From Hamiltosporidium tvaerminnensis FI-OER-3-3 (taxonomy: Eukaryota; Fungi; Microsporidia), in assembly GCA_022605425.2 (NCBI GenBank), contig JAKIMF020000001.1, positions 1,860,001-1,924,000 on the forward strand: DNA of 64,000 bases. The letters are read 5' to 3'. Under the pieces are notes generated by a model. The model ran no database searches. It was not told the DNA's origin and saw nothing but the letters and a program-made list of their open reading frames with translations. The position numbers and the translations under genes were made by a program. Shown in pieces: positions 54,011 to 64,000 of the stretch; the first letter of the stretch is position 1; the number at the start of each line of letters is the position of its first letter.

Positions 54011-54082
54011 AAGACCATATAGTAAACTAAATTAATTTATTTATAAACATTTGTAAAAATAAAATAATGAGTATAAGGAAAA

Positions 54083-57000
54083 ATGTTGGGCGAAAAACAA
54101 AAAAATAATAGAATAAAAGCTTCAAATGACGTTGATGAGGTGAATAAAAGTGGGAAAGTGTTGCAAAACTATGAGCCACACAGACCGAATTTGCCTAAAT
54201 TTATTCCTCTATACAAAATCACACATCCACCACCAGGCCAAACATGTAGTAACATGTAAAATAGTGGACTTACAGCCTTAAATTCGCCTAATACACCACT
54301 TGACTCTGCGGCTGAAGTCGCATCGTGTGGGCCATTTTAGAACGGGCAAACCCCAGTACTCTAGCTATTCATGAAGGGTAGAGGCTAATGGCATTGCAGA
54401 CGATATTCGATTCTGTAACAGTCGACCCGAAGGAATGTCTTCAAATTGTTTTTTTTGCACTACAGATAAGATTTGAAAGAATGCTAATAATCATCTGGAC
54501 AGAGCTTCACATGTTCTATATGAAAAATTCAGCCGCTGTAACTCTCGATGTGTTAAAAAGATTAGCACAAAATGAGCTGTAAAAGGAATTAAAATTGGAA
54601 GACAATAGAAAAGACGTAAAATTGTCACTTATTTCATCAGTACATGCTTCTCGGTTGACAATACTAAGTAACAAAAAGTCCAGAATAAATTTTTGAATAA
54701 ATCAAAGAAATCTTGATGGAAATCGGAAAAGGTTTTGGCTAGAACTCCAAAACATCCAAATTAATTGGTTGATGCAAGTTCTGGATCTCAAGAATCGAGC
54801 GGTCCGTGAATATGCATAGGCTCATATACCTGAGTCAATTACGGATACAGCGCATACCATACAAGTTGCACAGGTATGCTATGACGGGGCAACACTTAAA
54901 TATAAGTTTAAACCCGCTTGGAAGGAAAATATAGAAGGTAAAAATTTTGCGTCAGTATTTAACAATGATCTTCTCGCAAAATTCCGTAGACCTAAAAGAG
55001 GTTCCGCTTCAAAACGAAGAGCCACAGAAAATCATGTGAGTGGGCAATGTAAACTTGAGCCGTATCCATGATTTGTCCGAGGCTATAGTTAAAATGAATA
55101 AGTAATGAAGATTTTGTGGTAAGAAACTTAGGATAGATAAATGAAGTAAGCATTCCGAAAGAGAATCGTATGTTTGAGCTGCTCATATATTGATTTTATT
55201 GTCATTATCTGTGTGTCTCAACGTTAAGGATATATTTAGCCGTTATGAAATTATGAGCTTTTATTCTGTAATGTAGAACAAAAATAATGCAACTGTCCCG
55301 TACGATGATTATTTGATTTTATTTGTATCAGATAATCATCAGATAATGTTTCCTTTACTTGATGAATTTGTAATTATCATAACTTTTTTTTGTAATAAAA
55401 GCTGCTGGATTTAATGGTATTTACAATTTTTTCATCAAACCACTTACAATTCTTCACAAATATCATTTTGATATTGCAAAAGTCATATTTTTAGAAGGTA
55501 AACCCTAAGCTGATTGGTTTTACTGCAGTTTTACGTATTTGATATAGAAAATAACAACGCATATAGTCTCTAACTACAAACCGATAAACTTTATGTTTAA
55601 TCTCTATAAGTAAACGAAAAAAATGTGCACCTAAGATTATTCAACTTGCAATGAGGAGACGAAATTTTCTTGAAGAAAACCAATTAGAACCAGAAAAAAT
55701 GGTCAAAAAGCAAATGAGTAAGCCTTATTTAATTTAGCTGTTAATAAAGTATATTTAAACAATCTGAATGCGACGATTATTGTTGTAAAAAAAGCTTATG
55801 ACTCAATTAATCATGCTTATTTGACTCAATGCACTGAAAACCTTATTTACCTGTTTGATTATTGAAAGTATTAGATAATTATATCAAAATAGAAAAGTGA
55901 TCTATCAGTAGAGCCTGAAAAAATCATGAGCAAGAAGATTGAGACAGGAATTTGCAAAGCAAAACCTTTTCACCATTGTTGTTTGTTTATGTATGAATGC
56001 TTTAAACCGAAAGCTCAATTAAAAACACACAAAAGTGACAATACATAATACTTCAGATTCTCATAATACTAAAAATCTCTTTTTTATTGATGCACTGAGG
56101 CTCCTTGTAGTAAACAGCTCTACATTAGGAGCTATTACAGGCGCGGTAAAAGAATTTTTAACGAAAAATTCTTAGAAAAATAGAGGTAAGTCGGCACCGA
56201 ATGATGCCTTCGGCGAAGATACTGCTACTCTACTAGTGATTTTGGCGTTCCTAAATATTTAGGAATAATGCAGATAACAGAAAAAATTTAAACCGAAGCT
56301 CATTTGATGAAGAACGAAGAAAACTGATTCAAGAGTGGAAGACCATGTCTACTGATAAAACGACAAAAAAATACTTATTCAATTTGTAAAAAGGTGACGT
56401 CGTTAATAAATATATCATAAGAGTACTTGGACTTAAACCGACTCACTTTCTAAGTTGGATGATGCAGTGGATGCTTTTTTGTGCAAAATTAGATACATCC
56501 TCGCCCAGGATTTAAAAAGTACTTGTACCTTGCTAGAACAGAACCTGGAAGAGACTTACATAGTGTTTAGAGTCAGAGCGATCATTGTTTCAGAAAATCT
56601 TGGATTATCTGGAAAAAGGCAAAAGAATATAAACTAGACGAGACGCGATCTTAAAAAAAAAAACTTGCTAATGTAACTCACCTTGTACTAATAAAAAGCT
56701 TCTTAGAGTAAAGTAAAGGTTGGAAGTAGAAGTCAGTAGGAAAATTTTAGAAGATACTTAAATTATATATGGAAAAAGAAAAAGAAAACTTCAATCAAAG
56801 GTATTAATGCAAGAAAAAAAAAACGCGCTTGTAAGTCTTAGTGGCTCTTAAAGATGGGTAAAAAAGGAAATATTAGGCCGTTTGATTAAGCAATGTTCTG
56901 CTATACTCAGGATAGAAATATATTATGGGTAGCAGATGGTGTGCGTCAAGACTGCAACTAGTCTAGAAAACAGTATACATTTAGAACTGGATGTGAGAAA

Positions 57001-57785
57001 ATGTTCGGAAAGACTAAACTATACAGCTCAATGAAGTTGCCATATACCTGCAGATTTTTTTTTTAACTAAATAAATTTCAGTCTTTAAAACAAATCAGTA
57101 GTCACTAACTTTAAGAAATTATCGAAAACGAGCAGGCACATATTAAGTAAATACCAGAATAAAAACTTATCTCAAAATCCGGAAAAAATGACCCGAAATA
57201 TATATTTTATATACTAGCAAAAAGAAAATAACACATATTTAAGTAGGAATTACTTCAAAATTCACTTCAACTAGTTGATACTGAAAATTTCAGGGAAATT
57301 GATCTGCTACCCAATAATTTAAGTTTTATTTATAAGTATAGTGTTGAAATAATCTCTTATGTGGTGGCCTGGGCCAGTATTGTGATAAAATGATACGATT
57401 TATATTAAATATTCCTAATAACCAAGGATGTGGAGGTATATATACTTCCCATAGTACTTAAGAAGACAGAATAAACAATTTTCTTTGACTGGCAAAGAGA
57501 ACTTGAATCAGGACAAAATGCCGAAGGGAGCTGGGCGACAGCGTCATTAGGTGCATTTCAGGAGCCGAGAGGCATAAGCAACTAACACTCCATTTTAAAA
57601 CCTAATGAAGAATATGTTGCTCAAAACGTTAGAGCAAAAAATACCACATTCTTTAGTACACAATAGAAAAACATACTAGAGGAACCGACAATTAGCATAA
57701 ATAAAAATCGGATTTATAAAAAGAAAAGATGGTGGTACAAGAGGAGGAAGAAAATAATCTTAATTCGGAAATTTTTATTAAAATT
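54083..57785 (+). mobile_element. Inverted duplicate of the degenerate R4/Dong-like element
   Basis: Reverse complement of 22.5-26.2 kb. Confidence 0.85.
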
Positions 57786-59180
57786 TATTGAGTTAATTTA
57801 ATTTGTTATTTAAAGGCATAAATAAAAAAATTCCCTAAATTTTTTTTCTCCCGTCTTCATGGAAAGCTATCGAGGTTTTCCAATTAAAAACCGATACAAA
57901 GCATTAAAAATAAGAAGACATATTAAAAGCATTCACTCTTTGAGTTATATTTCTCATTGAATTTTGTTTTTTTAGAATTATATATAAAAATCTATTTTTA
58001 TGTCAAATTTCAAAGAACCTCCGGTTTGGACTAATTTAAAATCAAAAACATGAATATGAGAAAATGACTTTCATTCTAAATGTATTTTTCAACCAATTAT
58101 AACTTCGGATATTTAAATTTTCGAAAAATAGCTGATATGGATTTAACATATTCAGGCGCAATTTTATAGATAAACTGAACTCTTTGTTCAAAAACCTACC
58201 TTTTATAATTTAAATTTTTAGATTCCATTTGATATTAATGGACATTTAAATGTGTTTAATACACTACCTTATCTGCATATTTTAACCAAAATATCTATTT
58301 ATTCAATTTTGTCTTAAAACCTTTTGATTATTGAATAAAAATATTAAACTGATTATGTAGTGTAAAAAAGTTTGTATATTTTTGTGTCCTATAAAAATCC
58401 ACTGCTTTATAATTAGAAGCAATATTAATGGGCACAAAAATATCTCATACACTATAACTAAGAAGTCTATAGCAGAGAAATAAAATTTTCTTGAGATATG
58501 AAATATTTAAATGATTTCCAGATATTAAGTCAAATCAAAAGAATTTTACTGATTAGTGTCAATTAAATGTATTTTATTTTCATTTTTTTAAAAATAGAAA
58601 TAAGCAATAAAATTTTAAATTAATATAAATTCTTTTAGATTTTTGTTATACTTTTTCAAGTAAATAATTTAAGGCCATTTCTTATAAGCAAATGATTTGG
58701 GTCATATATATTATTTTATTTTAGGAATTTTCTCTTGTAATAACTAGAAAATAATATATTCTCGTCTCTAATAAACACCAAAAAGACGTTTTGAACATTT
58801 TTGAATCAAAAATGTTTATACTCCGATTGAATGGTGATAAGGGTGAAATTTGAAACCTAATACAATAAAAAAAGATATACCCAAAAAAGCATCTTATACT
58901 AATCTAATTAAACATGAATTTTATTCTAAATATCATATAGCCCAAAAATGTAACATTTATCAGCTAAAAGAAAAAACAAGTTTAAAATAAATCTAGAAGG
59001 ATAACAAGAAATTTAAGATAAAAAGATTTATAAATACCCAGGAGCAAAATTTCTAAAGATGAAACTAATATTATGAAATTTATTTATTTTTCGAAAAAGA
59101 AATCACAAAGTTACTTATATCAGTGATCTGTAAATCAAAAGAAAAAATCAGCGCATAAAATTATTTTTAAAATAGAGATT

Positions 59181-61539
59181 TTAGATTGACCATTTGCATA
59201 CCTCTTCAACACCCTCCTCCTTAAAATATTCCGATAGCTCTTCAGAATCAATCTCTTTAAAAAATAATTTAGCGGTAAACCGACTTTTCGCTAAAGATAT
59301 TAAATTAAATTTTATTTCAACTAAATGAATGGCATGAAACGATATTTGAAGATATTTTAGTTTTTTAAAATTTCTTACATAATGAAAATCTTCTACACCT
59401 AGAACTACACACCCCAAATTCAATTTTTTTAGGGAATTAAAAAACCTGCATTCACTACCCAATTTATAAAAACTAGTTTCGATGAATTTGCATTTATAAA
59501 AATTTAATTTCTCTATAGTCGCAAGATGTTTAATTCTGTTCAAATCATTTACATATAAGCTATTACCTTTATAAGAAAGCGTTTTTAATCTCATATTGCA
59601 CATGGGGCTTAATTTTGTTAGACAACATGAATGAAATTGAAAATAAGATAAATGCAGGCTTTCTAAATTATCGAGTTTTGCTAAAATATGATTCGATTCG
59701 AAAATATTTATATCAGAACCCGATAAATTTAATCTTTGAATATTTTTTGAAATAAAATTCCTTGATATTGAATTCTTGATGGAAATTATTCCACAGAATT
59801 TCAAAGATAAAACTTTCAAGTCTTTTAATTTAAATATTTCAATCAATATATGTTCAGAAATTTTGATATTTATCAAAATCAAATGGGTTATTGATTTATA
59901 AAAGTTTAATATTTCAAATCTCAAGATTTCTCTAGGGAAACATGAATTTTTTAACTGTAACATTTTTATTCCTTTTTTTTGAAACAAAAACTCATAAAAT
60001 TTGTCGCTAAAATGTATATTTTGCAAGAATAAGGTTTCTAATCCTTTCATACTTTCAAGTACATGGTATAAATTAGGTTCGATTTTTTTATCAAGAAAAC
60101 AATTAAAAAATTTTAATGTTTTCAGAGATTTACACTGGCTTAAAAAATCACAGAACTCAGGTGGTATTTTTAAACCAGCAAACCATAGTTCTAAATAGCA
60201 AAGATCAAGTTTTAAGCCAATATTACTGCATTCTTTAATAAAATTATTTGCTAAATAAAAGGAATCAAAGTCAAGTATAACACACAGTATATTTGATATT
60301 GCACTAAAATTAATCCACCAAGAAACACCCATCTCCATGTTTTTAAAATCGATATATTCTAAAGTATCATTGGAATTCATATAATTTTCGAAACAACTTA
60401 GATATACATTCATGATCACATTATTAAATATTAATCCTTTCAGACTTTGCTTTTTTAGAAAAGAAAAAAGATAATTACTTTCTATGATTGAATTTATTAA
60501 TGTAAAATATTCTATATTAATATCATCACCTTTATTTAATTCATATAAGATAATTTCTGAAGATCCCTGAAAGTTTGAAATTATTATTGATTTAAATATA
60601 TGCGCCATTTGACTGAAAAAATAAAATTTTTTAGATATAGTTTTGGAATTTAAACAATTATTAATTATTAATGACTTTATACCTATTTCCACCAATAAAA
60701 ATTTGAATGTGTTCAAATAGTAATTATTGCTTAAGAAATTTTCAAGAGTACAAAATACTTCATAATCATTTATTAATAGATTTTTGTAAGGAATATGCTC
60801 ATTAAAGAGAATCGCATCAAAATTTAAGTTGTTATTTCCTAATAAAATCAAATTATCTTCGTAAAAACTATGTTTTATCATTAAAATATTTATAAAACCA
60901 GAAATTAGATTATTCTGAGATAAAAATCAAGTTCTGTTAAATTAATAAAAGACAATAAACCTTCATATTTCACCTCTTCTTTCTTTAGATCTGTGGTGTT
61001 TTGGCTAATACATATTTTTAGAAATAAGCATCCTAGAAGTTTAACAATATTTTTATTATCAATTGCTCTAAGATATTTCAAGCCTAAAAATAGACATTTA
61101 AATTGGTTTTTGTTTACATTATATGGTAAATATGAAATATCAGAGGTAAGTTTTAAAAAATACACCAACTCAAAACTGCATTCAATTTTTCCATTTATAT
61201 ATTCTGATATGTTTGCATTCAGAAAGTCATTTAATACCTCAAAACCAATGAAACCCCTATTTTCATATGTATAAACATGATCTTTGCTGTCAAATGACCT
61301 TAAATCTATGTTATAATAAACATTAAAAAAATCGAATTCTTCTTTTTTTCTATACTCGGAATACCTTTTAGCAATTCACTGTAAATTTTAATTTTGGTAT
61401 TTTCGAATTTTTCAAACAAATAAACAAACTTGTTTGCTGAGACACCATATGATAATATTGACTTATATAACAACAAACACCAAATATTTATTTTTTTCAG
61501 ATTTCTTGTACATTTTTCAGGACTGACGCTATTTTTCAT
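59181..61539 (-). pseudogene. Inverted LRR paralogue with two 1-bp deletions
   Basis: 2359 bp versus 2361 bp. A8 reduced to A7 near 61345 and a further 1-bp loss near 60913 split it into the 77-, 87- and 566-aa ORFs. Confidence 0.8.
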
Positions 61540-63430
61540 GAAAAATCGAAATTAAGGACAATCAAGATTTGGTTGTATGAACCATACGATTTTAAACTGT
61601 TTTATCATAGATAAATATGTTTCGAAAACAATATTTCAACGCTTTTCAATTAAAATGAAGATAAATTATTTAAATAATTTTCGATACTTATTCCTAAAAT
61701 ATATTCTCACGGTTTGCTATTTTATAATTAAATAAATTAAGTAATTTTTTTTAGAATTCTGTTAAAACCGTAACTAAGAATCTCTTTTGGATAACTTACG
61801 ATGGAAATTCTATTTTATTAAAATGCAGAACCTATTTTTTTAAGTATATAAGAGATAAATATTCGCTTTTTATGTATAAGTTGACGAGAACAATATATTG
61901 TACAGTAGAAAACCAAACCTTGCAAGTTCTTACTCTATAAAGAATATAATATATATTATATTTAATCCGAGAAAATATCGGTTCTTATTAAAGCGTGAGA
62001 TCTAGAAATGTACCATGTAGTTTAAATGCTAATCAACATACATTTGAATGTATATTTATATTTATTATTAGATAATATTTGTTTCTCTTAGTTTCTTTCT
62101 TCGAGATCTTGGAATATATTTTTATATTTTAAAATAAAACTTGTAATAACTTATATTAAAATAACCTAGAAATTATAATTGTGAAAAAACAAAATGTAAT
62201 AATAGGAAAGGCATATGTCTATAATATTAATTTATAAAGTTGCATTTTTATAATCCAACATTTTCTAAAACCAATAAAGATGTTCTTAAATTCACAGATT
62301 TTTCTGACGTATTGGTTTTATAAGCTAATTAATTAATTAATCCAAACGAAAAAAAAGAATTTAATGCATTTAAATTATACTTTGGAATAAAGAAATTTAT
62401 GATTCATGAGATTAGTATTGATTAAGATAAAGTAGTAATTTTAAATAAATAATGTGAATGAGATTTTGGCATATTTTTTAGATGATCACGATCTTTAAAA
62501 TGGAATTCTATTTATTCATTTAATCAAGAAAATAAAATACTAAATACATTTTTTAGAATTGAAAGATCATGGATTTGAATGTTATAGACTGCTGAGTATC
62601 GATGTGATAACATGCTGCTTTTTACCGATTCAATTATAGAAATCGAGGGAAATAAAGTCCATAAGATGTATAAACCAGTAATATAACAAATACTAAAAAT
62701 TCACATGAAGCAAATAACTTGTTTATTATACAATCGAGTATTTCTTCAGAACAAACAGCTCATGGTTTAATTATAGGGAAAGTCATCGTAATAATGTGAA
62801 AACAGCAGACCAAAAATTATTTTAATGATAATATTCGCAGATTAAAAGATTGAAATTGATGTTTTAATTCAAATATAGTAAAAAAAGGAAAATATAGCAG
62901 GATAAAACAAAGAAAGATAAATAAAACATGCAAAAGTAAAAATAATATATTAAATAATATTATATCTCTTAGAATTATGTTTAATTATAGTTTTTTTTTA
63001 TGATTCATCTCTTTTATTTGAAATTGATATTTTTTCAATCTTATTGTCAATAAAAGAAATATGCATACAAACCCTATTAAATACTCCTTTTTGTCGTTTA
63101 ATCTCATAACTATATTTATAATAATTATTTTTGCGTAATAAATCAACAAAAATATTTGTATTGAAATATTTAATCATAGTTTATTAAATACACTGGTCTT
63201 AGTGTGCCCCTCGGTGTTGAGAATAGATGAGACTATATGGCATTATATGTTTTAACAAATGAAAAAGATAAATTTGAAAGAAAACAAGAAAAAATATTAA
63301 ATATATACGATTCTTTTGAACTTTTTATTTATTCTATAAATTTCTCATCAATCCAACAATCCAATCGTCTCTTAATAGAACATAATTTGCTAACAGGGAC
63401 AGTTTTTGCGGGGTTGTCCAGCCCCAACAC

Positions 63431-63787
63431 TTATATATTGAACTCAAATTCTTCATTATGTTCTAATATGATTTTTAAGCAAGTAAATTTTTCTGGATAT
63501 TTAAACATTTCAATATATACATCGATGTTTAAAACCCAATACTGCTCAAATGCATTCATTGGCATTTTCTTTGTATCTATAAAGAAGTATTGTAATATTG
63601 AAACCAAAGCATTTTTAACCAAAAATACTTCTACAATATATAATGTAATATGGAAGGAACTATGGAAGTAATATATCACCTGATTACAAGATGATCTCAT
63701 TGTTATAAAGTAAAGATGTGAGTCATAATATATTTCTAAGATGGCTTGAACGAGTAGGAAGAAGAGGATGACAGATAATGTTTTCAT
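63431..63787 (-). CDS. 118-aa small protein family, copy B8
   Basis: Intact; part of the inverted duplicate of the 16.4-26.3 kb block. Confidence 0.45.
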   Translation of the reverse strand: MKTLSVILFFLLVQAILEIYYDSHLYFITMRSSCNQVIYYFHSSFHITLYIVEVFLVKNALVSILQYFFIDTKKMPMNAFEQYWVLNIDVYIEMFKYPEKFTCLKIILEHNEEFEFNI

Positions 63788-64000
63788 AAACAAACAATTG
63801 AATTCATTCTTTTATAATAAAAATTGTAAACAAGTTTCATATTTCCTTATCAAATAAACAAATGAAAAAATCAGATTTTAGAAAAATTAAACAAAGAATA
63901 TTTTGATTAGTTTATTAAGATAATATCTGATTTAATAGTAAATTGGGGCACAAAAAAAGTTAAAAATATGGTCTGATACGGTAAGTTAAACACAGAATAT

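Larger units (their letters stand above)
54011..63930 (-). repeat. Inverted segmental duplication of ~16380-26299
   Basis: Degenerate LINE, LRR gene, spacers and small ORF all appear as the reverse complement. Confidence 0.92.

Noticed and set aside
50274-54030. Plus-strand ORFs within the LINE
   Set aside because: Antisense shadows of the RT/RLE frame.

Overview
Very AT-rich, intron-poor eukaryotic DNA, most consistent with a large-genome microsporidian (Hamiltosporidium-like). This is inferred from CCC motifs just before start codons, an LRR gene of the expanded microsporidian type and the transposon content. Almost every base occurs at least twice in the window; only one retroelement (50229-54010) and about 400 bp near 26300-26696 are single-copy. 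Content: two copies of a CLASP/Stu1-like gene; one intact and one frameshifted LRR gene in inverted orientation; two decayed DD34E Tc1/IS630 transposons plus two empty sites; one near-complete and two degenerate R4/Dong-like RT+RLE non-LTR retrotransposons; and eight mosaic copies (B1-B8) of a ~640-bp module with a 118-codon signal-peptide-like ORF. Most rearrangement junctions pass through this module. The most striking structure is a ~4.9-kb spacer between ~1.15-kb inverted repeats carrying divergent copies of the small ORF. It is present twice behind the same left flank but in opposite orientations, with chimeric ORFs and arm-to-arm homogenisation, making it a candidate inversion-switch/diversification cassette. 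All comparisons were made by eye, boundaries are approximate, and haplotype or assembly artefacts cannot be excluded without reads.
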